Source of the DNA: Psammoneis japonica
Taxonomy: Eukaryota
NCBI GenBank assembly: GCA_008632985.1
Contig: QPGO01000051.1
Location: 310,001 to 352,178, forward strand
Reading direction: 5' to 3'
DNA: 42,178 bases
The notes under the pieces: generated by a model
Told to the model about the DNA's origin: nothing
Databases searched by the model: none
What the model saw: the letters and a program-made list of their open reading frames with translations, nothing else
Shown: in pieces, positions 32,651-42,178 of the stretch
Numbering within the stretch: the first letter of the stretch is position 1
Layout of the letters: each line of letters opens with the position of its first letter
Made by a program: the position numbers and the translations under genes

Positions 32651-34358
32651 TCTGACCCACAAGCCCTGTGGCAGGGCCAGGCACATGTTCGTCATTTGTG
32701 CTCAATTCTCTGGTGTGATTTCCCCACATGCTTTGCAGCACAAGGTTCTTCAAAAATGTGTGGAAAACACATCACACCAGAGCTGCTTCAGAGCCTCTGA
32801 ACAGGGTGCTGGTTGCCCCACAAGCATCGCTGTGGCAGCATCTCACACTTGGGGTGTGTGAGATTTGCAAGTGCCACAGCAGCTGCAGGCCAAAATGGAG
32901 ACTCTGCCTCTCTGCAGCATTGCAGATGTTGGGAGCTGGCTGCTCCTCCTGCTTCTAACTGTGCTGCCACACACAGCCCTTTTGTGGACCATCAGCTTTG
33001 CTTGGCTCACAGATGGTCAAAGTCAGCTGTCTCAACATTCAACAGCTGCTTTTGAGATTTGTTGTTGTTTGCACATCTTGAAGCATGAACAAGAACAAGT
33101 GAGTTGGGTGTGCCAGGAAAACACACACCACTGTGCCATTGCTGCGCTGCTTCCAAAAATGTCAACTTTCTCCTGTGAGACTTTTTTGTTCTGCACAGAT
33201 GGGCAGACCCACAACAAACATCTGCACAAGAACACACCCAGCCACTCTCTTGTCAATCCTTTGCAGAGCCTTTGCAAGCAGCCACACAAAGCTCTCAGGA
33301 GCCAATGCCTGCCCTGGGCTCCAGGAGCCACCCTGCACATGCTTGGCACTGCTGCATGGCATCACAGTGCAAGGTTTCATTTTCTGGCTCTGTCTTGTTC
33401 AACAGGACTTTTGGGTTTCAAACAAGAAGAGCTCTTTGCCAGATCTGCAAAGTGCAGTGGTGAGTGTCAAAAAATTGTCTGTGTGGCAGGAGTCTCTTGG
33501 CTCTGGCGACAAAGTGAACAAATTCTGCTGGTCCCACCTTTTCTCAGGAAAGAAGATGGGACCCACAATGATGCACACAACAAGCATCCTCTCTACATCA
33601 CAATGGCTGCAAAACATGAACTTTTTGGTTGAAGAAGAGTGCCATGAATGACCCACCTGGAGAACAGCTGCCCAGCACAGCAGCCTGGCAGAGATCATCA
33701 TCAGGAGCACACATTGACCATCAGAATTTTTGCTCAAGAAATCACGCCACAATGATTCTGTGAATCGGGAGTTGAGCACCTCCCGGGCTGAAAAAGAGTG
33801 CACACTGTTTTTGAAGACCCCACAACCCATGTGTGCTGTCGGGGTTGGTTGTTGCGTCGTCAGCGTTGAGGAGTCAGCAACGGCCGTGAGCCGTGAAGGG
33901 AAGAACGCAGGTCAGATGCAGGTGTCAGTTCCTCTGGCTGTCTGCGCTTCGTTCTTCTGCATCTGCTCTGTTCTGTCTGCTCTCTCCTCAATGCTGAAGG
34001 GGCGTGGTGCATGGCATGGGCATGGAGCACTCAGGACTTTCGTCGGCACGTGTGGTTGAGGTTACCAAAAGATTGCAAAGCAACATGATGGGCTTAGGCT
34101 CTCTACTAGAGAGAGGTCTGCTTCACCAGCAATGAAGCGTTTCATTGGCACTGCATTGAAAATAGTTCAGCAGTTGTTGCCAACACAGATTTTCAAGAGC
34201 ATTTTTAATTCAGAGAAAAAAGATAGCGCTCGACGCAACAATGTATTGGTAGTCTACGACTGAACCGCATGGCTGGCTCTCTGAATAAAGAGAGTCGCTG
34301 GCGGCTAGTATAACTGATAATCTCTTCGTGTCTTAGTTTTCTAGGTTCATCTTCTCCC

Positions 34359-35787
34359 CTACTCTTGCTTGATGTACGCCACGGCCTCTCCACTAGCGCC
34401 AAGTACAACGGGCAAGGCATGTTTGTCCCAATTCTCGTCCCATTGCGTTTGTTCTTGTAAATTACTCGAGTATCGCTTCAACTCTCCGTACCCGTGTGGA
34501 GGCAATCGACTCGATTTGTCTCCCAAAGGTTTGAGTAGTTCAAACAACTGACTGGCTAGATGTGAGGCGGTTACAAAGACACGGCCATTCACCTTGTCTT
34601 GTACAAGCTCCGACAAGCACGCAAAATCCTTGGCGCATACGGGTACATGACAACCAAACAAATCCAAAATCTTCATGGGAAGGTCCAGCCCGCTAATGGA
34701 TGTATGCAACGAAACACCCAAGCCGGCGCATGCCAACAGTAGTGGGTAGTCCTTGTGTTCCAGCCAAAGCGTCATGATGCGTACATGATGAAAAGTCAGC
34801 TTTTCCATTTCTTCTTGGCAGTACTCCTTGAGCGGTCCCTTGCCAGTCACCACCACTAAAATTCGAAACGGCCGGCTGTGCTGGTGAATAAGGGAATCCA
34901 ACTCTTGCAGTGCGTCCAGCAACAATCCAAAGTCCTCATCGGGTGTCCAAGATGTAGAACTCACCGCGAGAGCAGGACTAGCAAGTCATGGCTGTACAAA
35001 TTTCTTACTTGATTGCTCCGTAAAGAGACTTTCCGAATCAGAAGTAATCCAGCCGTCACCGCCACCAGGAAGTTGGTTCTCCAGTTGAATTCGTCTGAAA
35101 AACTCGTGTTGCTCTTGTAGCGATATTGGTTGAAACATACTCGGTGGACAGTCACACAAGACATTGATCCGATTCGTGGCTACTCCAAACTCCTTGACGA
35201 CAAACTCCTTCATGGCAGACGTGACACACAAGTGCCCGTCCGCAAGGGGAGCCATTTGTGCCTCGTACAGTCTCGTCATTTTGCTCAGAACGCTTCCAGA
35301 AGGAAACATGGAGTACCCCAAGTTGTGCCAGTCAATAACAAGGCTGGCTTTGGAATGACCGAGACGTATCAATCTGCAGTAGAGAAATGACACGAGCAAG
35401 AGCGGGATAGCAGGAGGGTTCTGTACCAACCAAGACGCATCGTTGCTCCACGTGGTTTTTCCTACAGTACGTTGTAGCATTCCAAAAAGCCCATAATAAA
35501 TTGAATACCAGACTCAGTATCCTCCATATATAATACAATGGCAATATTCTCTTCAATCTCAATGGTGGTGTGGACACTTGCATGTGAATCACATTCAGTC
35601 GGTCCGAGTATCGCGAAAAAGCAGGAATCAACTCCTGGCATACCCAATCATAGATACATATTGACCGTTCTTTAGGAGAGACAATGCATGATACTGCATT
35701 CGACGGGATCGACCCAAGTCTCCCAAGACAATTAGGTCTACAATAAAATGATGACGCTGTGGCAGTGGTGGAACTTGATGACGCCAT
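34359..35787 (-). pseudogene. ALG1: ALG1 (chitobiosyldiphosphodolichol beta-1,4-mannosyltransferase) pseudogene
   Basis: Motifs VLGDLGRSRRMQYHALSL, QNPPAIP, IDWHNLGYS, SSTSWTPDEDF, TGKGPLK and SGLDLPMK. Frameshifts near 35765, 35638 and 35430 (TTGG duplication), plus an in-frame TGA at 34986-34988. Confidence 0.9.
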
Positions 35788-35885
35788 GGGTGCTGGGTGC
35801 GTGCTGCGGTAACGGAACCGACCCTACACCTCGCTCGCTCAAGCACACAACATACCATACTTCAGTCGGACTAATCAAATGATGC

Positions 35886-36068
35886 AATTTAACGTCTTTA
35901 ACATACGTTTAACGGCCGACCAAACCAACCCTTCAATTTTTAACGGCCGACCAATCGTGGTGCACAAAAATCTCAAAATGGAAACCGTCCAAGCAGCCGT
36001 TGGTCGGCCGTTAAACCTAAGAGGGTTGGTTTGGTCGGCCGTTAAACGTACGATAGAGACGTTAAATT
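35886..36068. mobile_element. Foldback/MITE-like element: ~70-bp inverted arms, each with two TTAACGGCCGACCAA motifs
   Basis: 35886-35957 is the near-perfect inverse of 35999-36068; TTAA near both outer ends could be a TSD. Confidence 0.85.
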
Positions 36069-36671
36069 TATAACACAGAAGCAGTGCGGAAATATCCCTG
36101 GTGAGAAATTCAGGATTCCAGATTCCAGTTGACCTTCAACTGGACTTCATAATAAACCCTTTCAGTCGGCAAAACCACAGCATGCTGTAGCGATTGGTAC
36201 AAAATTACGTACGTACTTCACCGTGTTAAAAAATGGCAACCACGGCGAAAGCACGAAGGAAAGAGACAATCTATTATCTGCCCTGTTTAACACTGGGACG
36301 TATCTTGACTATACAAACTGATTTAATAGACATACTTGACAATACGCAATGATCTTCTACCGAAGGAATCTACTTTATAAGTCATTTAGAGTCTCATAAA
36401 GTATGAGTCTCGAGGGAGGATTAGGAATGGCGCTACGAGAGCCAATCAGAATTCAGCATTTGGGATTTCTACTTATAGGGGGCCCTCGGAAAGTCGAGGA
36501 CTTTCCGACTAATTAATTAACATTTTTTCGGAAAATCTGACGCAATCATTTATAGACGAGGAGGCTGAGACAACTCTCCAAAATCAGACACAAGAATCAA
36601 AATGATGCGGAGACCGAAATCATCTTCTTTTCGCGCCACGGAAAAACACAACAACACAGACTTCTGTCGCG

Positions 36672-39600
36672 ATGAGAAAAATTCTCTCACAAAAAAAACC
36701 CACGAGAGAGAAAAGTACAATCTCTACTGGTGCTTCGATGATGACCGACGTTGAAGAAGAATCAGCTCCACTAAAAGTGGCTACACAGCAGCAGCTGCAT
36801 CCTTTCTTTATCAACATGGGCATTCAATCCCAGAAGCGCAAAGGCTCCATTAAAACGAGCAAAAGTCAAGCGCAGACACGTAAGAAGCGCACGCAACAGA
36901 GCGATTTAAGTGGGCGCAAGGTGCCAAGAGTAGACGACGGAACAAAGAAATGCAAGAGGTGTGAGAATGGGCCTACATACCATCATGGTCACGATCCCAC
37001 GTGCAAGTTTTCGAAACGATACATGCAAATCAATGTCACCGCGGCTACGAAAGATGCAGAGCGACGGGAAAAAGAGCTCCATGAAAAGAACAATACGATC
37101 CCAGCCGCCCCACAGAAAGGAGTTTCTACCATGGAAGACCATTTTGAAATTAAAGAATCAAACAGTCGAGCTCCATTGCCTCCTCCCGGTGATTCAAACT
37201 TTTGCAAGCCCGTGAATCTGGGAGCGTCCAGTTCTACCGTCGCAAGCAACCCGAATCTTTTTGATGCCGCAAGGAATACAAAATTCTCGGTTGAGACGTT
37301 GAAAAAAGAGATTCGAGCACGAGTGAAAAAGTATGAGAACTCGGAGGAGAAGACAAAGTGCCCGGCTGCAGTGAGTGCTCTTATCAGTTATCTGTTGGAT
37401 TCTGTCAAGCCCAGATTTGATCAGGGCAGCAACACGTATCCTGTTGCTACAGCAAAAAGCACTAAGCTCAAAGAGATTCTGGAGGTCAAGGATGGTACCT
37501 TTCCGCCTGGTACAATATCGTTTCAAGTTCCCAAGGATGACTGCACTTCACCGCCTGATTATTACTACCACCAGCTGCAGGGTATGATAATATACATCGT
37601 TTGTTGGGAGCTGAATTGTCCTAACATCTACATTTCCTGTATTGACGGAGAGTGTGACGGGGAGATGATTCATGACCGTATGGACTTTACTCGATACGGT
37701 GGGGCGACGCCAATATATTGCATCAGCGGTAAGACTCATGTGGCAGTGTCAATGTGGTATGAGTGCAACAAATGCAAGACGCGATGCAAGGGCAACGACG
37801 GTCGACTGCTACACAAGTTACCAAAAAGCCTTCAATCATCGTATCCAACTGAGCCAAAGTATGCCAGCGCAACCAACAAATGGCACCTTACAAGGGAAAC
37901 CACAAGGCTATTTGAATCCTTTCTTGTCACGTACGCAAACGGCGATAAGTTTTCTCACACGCTACACCAGATGCGAGCTGCCTATTTCGAGGATCTCCAG
38001 AAAGAGTATTATCAACGAGCCAACGATGAATCAGGTGACTGGATATCTTTCTACGAGTGGATTGGCAGCTACAGTCCATCAGGTTCTGCGATTCTTGATC
38101 TTTATGATGAATCTGGCGCATCGGAATTGACAGCTCTTGATACGTCATCATACTCCAGATGTACAAGATTGATCCAGATGGTGGGAGCATCAATGAGCGT
38201 GGCTTCTGACCACACTTTTCAAATTCTCAAGAATTATACAAAGAAAGGTGGTGGAGCGGCGGCAGGACTATTTACTATGTGCAACGAAAAGGGACAGGTT
38301 GGAGTTGCTTGTCTGACACCGACGTTGGAAGCAAAAGATTTTGCTCACGCAGCCGAGCAGTTCGCGAGGCGAAAGAACGTGCGTCCAAAAATCCATTACA
38401 GCGACACTTGGCCGAATAAGTCATCGTTATGGAAGGTGTTATTTGGAGGTTACATAGTATGCCGTTTGGGTCTCTTTCACTGGATGCACCGTATTGTACA
38501 GACACTTCGAAAAGACCACGTCGACTATCATCAAGCAGTTCGGGACCTTCGAGCTACAGTTTCATACACCGAGTGGTCGGACCGCCAAGCAGTAATACAA
38601 GCCCTCAAGGATGGAACTCTCAATGGCAAAAAGCACACGGATGCAGAAATAGATGAGATCATCCATTCTTCCAGGTGGAAGCACTACTCAGAATACATGC
38701 GCATTTGGAGGCATCCGCTGGAAAAGAGAATCAGCTTGCTTGACGATTGGCACGCCCGATATAAGTGTACGGCTTCTGATGGATCGCGACCCGCTGGGGG
38801 ACGTCTTGATCCAAACAGTGGTTTGACACTCTTTACAAGTGATACAAAGGATGCCGTGGCAAATGGAAGAGAAACATCCAAGGGATTGGACGTTCCAGTG
38901 CCAAAGTCAGAGCAGTACTGGCCAGTGGCTCCATCGCTCCGTTCAAGAGCGAAGCTGGTGAAGTGGCGGACATTACTCGGGCCGGAGTCAAAGTTGGAAA
39001 AGGCTCATGATTCGCTGGCTCATTATGGGAACTGTGGGATGCGAGATTCATTGATGGATTTGATCACTCTGGAAGGTTTGGTTCTCTACAACGCTACAAT
39101 TGAAGAAAAGGAACGCGTTGAACGAATGAATCCAGAGACTCGAGCAAAGATTCCATACGATTTTCGGGGTGTGGTTGCTCATCGGAACGTGCTCAATCTA
39201 ATCGAAATCAACAAGCTAGCAACAAAGAAGGGGAAGAAAGCGCCCTATCCAGATGTAAGGGAACTCGAGGCGGACACCGGCGAGCGTTTTCTGTCCAAGT
39301 ACCTGCGGGAGCAGAATGCTAGAAATGAAACAATTACTCCACACCCGGAGACGGATCGATGTATGTGCAATATCTGTGGGACAAAGCCAGTGACAAATCC
39401 ATACAAGCGAACAACAAGATCAGTTGTTGGAAACGGCAACGATGGAGAAACTACAGCAGTGGCAAGCGTTCGACCGGCTAGTGGTTTTGTGGAAATTGTG
39501 GCGGCTCCTCAGGTGGGGGTTGAATCTATGTGTGTGAATGACACACCATTACTTAACGCGGCTCACGTTCGAGTCGAGGAGCAGTTCAACATGTTGCAAG

Positions 39601-39866
39601 CCGTGAGAAGCGCCCTGTCACAACAAGTTGCCATTGCATCGAGCATGAGCGCATCCCTCCCATCTGTTCCATATCAAGTGCAACCGGCTCTTTCAAATCT
39701 TAATGATCTGATACGGGATCAGAGGAAGCAAGACATTGATCCATACTGTTGTCCTGTCTTCCTACAATACAAGCTGCAGCAAAGCTACAGTGTGACGGGG
39801 TGCCGACCAAGAGGTCGACCAGCGCATTCTAAGGATTGCCCAAAGAGACAGCAGTCAAGGAGGTAG
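36672..39866 (+). CDS. DDE transposase of the MULE/hAT/Dada-related group (DUF6729-like), 1064 aa, with several zinc-binding motifs
   Basis: ASDHTF (D1), LFTMCNEKGQV, YSDTWP (D2), RLGLFHWMHRI (xxxH motif) and ESKLEKAH (E). Zinc-binding motifs CKRC..HHGH..C, CIDGEC..YECNKC, CMCNIC and CC..RGRPAH..C. Confidence 0.75.
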   Translation: MRKILSQKKPTREKSTISTGASMMTDVEEESAPLKVATQQQLHPFFINMGIQSQKRKGSIKTSKSQAQTRKKRTQQSDLSGRKVPRVDDGTKKCKRCENGPTYHHGHDPTCKFSKRYMQINVTAATKDAERREKELHEKNNTIPAAPQKGVSTMEDHFEIKESNSRAPLPPPGDSNFCKPVNLGASSSTVASNPNLFDAARNTKFSVETLKKEIRARVKKYENSEEKTKCPAAVSALISYLLDSVKPRFDQGSNTYPVATAKSTKLKEILEVKDGTFPPGTISFQVPKDDCTSPPDYYYHQLQGMIIYIVCWELNCPNIYISCIDGECDGEMIHDRMDFTRYGGATPIYCISGKTHVAVSMWYECNKCKTRCKGNDGRLLHKLPKSLQSSYPTEPKYASATNKWHLTRETTRLFESFLVTYANGDKFSHTLHQMRAAYFEDLQKEYYQRANDESGDWISFYEWIGSYSPSGSAILDLYDESGASELTALDTSSYSRCTRLIQMVGASMSVASDHTFQILKNYTKKGGGAAAGLFTMCNEKGQVGVACLTPTLEAKDFAHAAEQFARRKNVRPKIHYSDTWPNKSSLWKVLFGGYIVCRLGLFHWMHRIVQTLRKDHVDYHQAVRDLRATVSYTEWSDRQAVIQALKDGTLNGKKHTDAEIDEIIHSSRWKHYSEYMRIWRHPLEKRISLLDDWHARYKCTASDGSRPAGGRLDPNSGLTLFTSDTKDAVANGRETSKGLDVPVPKSEQYWPVAPSLRSRAKLVKWRTLLGPESKLEKAHDSLAHYGNCGMRDSLMDLITLEGLVLYNATIEEKERVERMNPETRAKIPYDFRGVVAHRNVLNLIEINKLATKKGKKAPYPDVRELEADTGERFLSKYLREQNARNETITPHPETDRCMCNICGTKPVTNPYKRTTRSVVGNGNDGETTAVASVRPASGFVEIVAAPQVGVESMCVNDTPLLNAAHVRVEEQFNMLQAVRSALSQQVAIASSMSASLPSVPYQVQPALSNLNDLIRDQRKQDIDPYCCPVFLQYKLQQSYSVTGCRPRGRPAHSKDCPKRQQSRR

Positions 39867-41091
39867 ATGTTATCATTACTAGGCATACTTTATGTATTAC
39901 TACTTTTGTTGACATTCTCGTGAGATAGCTACTACTCGTAGAAGCGATCTAGCCTAGAGACGCACAGTAGTGTTTTCGAAACAGAGCTGAGTTTCCATGA
40001 GTTACGAATTCACTATTTTATTTCTTATCTACCACACTTCTATAACTATTGGTTGTTGTGTCCTCCACATACTTCATCACAATACCACACTCAAATGCCA
40101 CCTTTCAAGGGCAGGTGAACCCTATCGCAACGGAGATTCGGGTCTGCGGCGGTTGAAGGCACTCCCGTCCTTGGAAGCACCAGTCAACGCCTCACCGGGG
40201 GGCAACCCCTTGGCTCTCGTTGGCCGTCTCAATGTTCAGAGGTGGGGCCACATGAACATTATTGCAGAAAAAAAATTACCGAGGCGCTGCTGCAGTCAGC
40301 AACCTCGGCAGTAGCCCGTGTTATTTAAAGACGAGGGCAACCTCGTCTGCCGCTTATACACGGACTTTTCCAAAAGTGGTAGATTGTAGATTACCAGCCA
40401 AAACAAACCACACCCACAACCAACATGTGACATCCATTCCATCATATCCCGGTCAACAGCGCTTGTGGTACCGCCGCACTCAGCAATTCCAATGAACCCT
40501 GAAAAGCCACCACTCCAACAACTTCTAAAGCCTCGTCAACGAAGGGTGAACACTCGGCTGAAGCCAAAAGGCAACAATACAAAGCATCAGCATGAGAGAC
40601 GCCATGAATGATCAATGCTTAAAGGAGGGCTCTTCAATCTGTCAAGAACGAACAGAAATTGCAACGCAAGAGCGGTGAGAGACGAGTTCAAAAAATGGAA
40701 AAAGTACCAAGCATTTCTTATCCATTTTTCACGTTTTTCATACATCTCTTTTCGTATATTCATTCATCAGAGAGAGTTTTAATGCGTGCTTTGTTGTCAC
40801 AACAGTATCACAAGTGACGGCGACAATTTCGACTACCGGCTCTTGCAGCTCTCATGGTCGATTTTTTGTGTGGTGTCGGAGGGAAACTCCTGAATTGCGT
40901 AGATTTCTACGTAAAATTCATACTAGAGATACTTCAACACTACAATGTCTCGATCTGTGTCACCACACCAAATTACTTCAACATGGGAGCACCCGGAGAT
41001 CTGACACATCGGGTGGTGAAACGGGAGAAAGAATTGACGATGGCTCTTCAAACCACTTCTGCCTTTTAGATCAAGCTCGCTGCCCTCGCAA

Positions 41092-41159
41092 CCCCTTCCT
41101 CTCTCCTTCCTTTCTCTCCTCCTCCTCCTTCTTTCTCCTCTCCCCTCCCCCCCTCTCTT
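41092..41159. repeat. Pure polypyrimidine/polypurine tract (~68 nt)
   Basis: CCCCTTCCTCTCTCCTTCC...CCCCTCCCCCCCTCTCTT contains only C and T. Confidence 0.85.
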
Positions 41160-42178
41160 GGAGTCACTAACCCCCCCAAAATCGAGTCTAGTTGATTGCT
41201 AGCGATTTGCGCGGCAATTTGGCGAGCGACTCACCGTACTTTACGGTGGTGAAACAAGGATTGTCCAAAATTTTCGATTTAACATCTCTACTAGCGAAAG
41301 TTTCGAGTTACATAACCTTTTCATGTGTCGAGCAACAGTTGTATAACGTTAAACCGATTGCATTGCTCATGTGGACGTTCTCCACCCCTCAAACTTTTCA
41401 CCGTGCTTTCATCACGTAATTTTGATTTACAACACGATAAAGTGTTGACGTAGAATTCTACGTAGTTTATGTACGGCATGCTGTGGTTTGGCCTTTTTCT
41501 GAAAACTGAAAGGGTTTATCCAGTTGGCATGACGCTGCGTGCAAAATGGCGTTTCGGGGCATGCAGCGTTGAGTTAGACCATTCTACCAATTCATCGGTG
41601 TGCAGAAGACTCCACTGTCATCCCATGTGAGTATAGAGTAGTCACAGTAGTGAAGCTTTATCATTATTCTGTACAAAATTCGATATGAAGAAGAAAGCAC
41701 AGCACCAGTTCACGGTGCGACAACAATTGACACGCATCAGAATTGCATCCCACGATTATATTCCTCGCCACCATGATGGATAACAAAGTAGGGCTCTAGA
41801 TGGCTCGCACCAGCGTGATGTATCAAATTGACGTTAAGAATGCAGTGGCCTCTTCCATTGCGTTGGTAAGTGTCTTGCAGTCGTCGCGGCACATCTTCAT
41901 TCTGAACACCGAATACCTCTAATCCCCGTGGACCTCCTACGGTAGGGCCCTAAGTCACAGGTAAGATCTTTCCTTTCTTATGACTTCCAGATGCGCTCCG
42001 AATTTCGGATTTCTCCATGTGATCAAAAGAAGTTGCTTGGAAGGGGAAAACCAATGTCTCTTTGTCGCTTTCGCTTGGTTGAACCACGATGCGGAAGCTT
42101 GAATCGGTTGGCTTGTGTTCGCAGAGTGTTCTGTGGCTAACGGATTCAGCAGATGGAAAGCCTCATAAATCCTTGGTC

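Larger units (their letters stand above)
25050..34100. mobile_element. Large TpA-depleted block of decayed or nested transposon-derived sequence with cargo-like genes
   Basis: TA is nearly absent. Contains decayed ORFs with Tyr->Cys/His changes and internal tandem repeats; termini not resolved. Confidence 0.7.
36137..41526 (+). mobile_element. Putative autonomous DDE DNA transposon (~5.4 kb) with ~130-bp imperfect TIRs
   Basis: The left end (CAACTGGA..TAAACCCTTTCAGT..AAACCACAGCATGC.GTA..TACGTA..CGTGTT..GAAAGCACG) is mirrored at ~41395-41526. It encloses an intact transposase-like ORF. TSD is ambiguous (TCCAGTTG at 36124-31 and 41519-26). Confidence 0.75.

Noticed and set aside
31314..33632. 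Long ORFs (515 aa, 255 aa) and many overlapping Cys/His/Gln-rich ORFs in all six frames
   Set aside because: They are a by-product of TA depletion, which removes TAA/TAG stops and Tyr codons. No domain is recognisable, and the same applies to most short ORFs in the mutated blocks.
39997..41170. Second gene inside the large transposon
   Set aside because: Only short ORFs without recognisable motifs.
41530..42178. Possible 3' end of a minus-strand gene at the window edge
   Set aside because: Frames are interrupted by stops and no motif is recognisable.

Overview
This is eukaryotic genomic DNA, most likely a pennate diatom (inferred from compact genes with ~100-nt GT-AG introns, diatom-type gene families and a diatom-type Copia gag). 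It alternates between two compartments. (1) Gene islands of ordinary composition encode a BTB/POZ protein, an RDD membrane protein, a tandem sulfotransferase-like protein, a DUF6151/GFA-like protein, a FAR-17a/AIG1-like protein, a mucin-stalk ricin-B lectin and SFT2. They also hold an ALG1 pseudogene and an apparently intact ~5.4-kb DDE transposon with a 1064-aa ORF. (2) Transposon-derived blocks (~1-3150, ~5060-6220, ~10550-18850, ~25050-34100) are almost free of TpA, poor in CpG and rich in TpG/CpA. Comparisons inside the window show TpA->TpG/CpA changes on top of CpG decay, pointing to a repeat-restricted mutational process opposite in direction to fungal RIP. One mutated block carries a decayed cassette: zinc-finger ORF, PhyH-like 2OG-Fe(II) dioxygenase, DOT1-like methyltransferase and a TE accessory gene. 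Several MITEs and a recurring palindrome, CGTAGA(A/T)TTCTACG, are also present. All family assignments come from motif recognition by eye; no searches were run.
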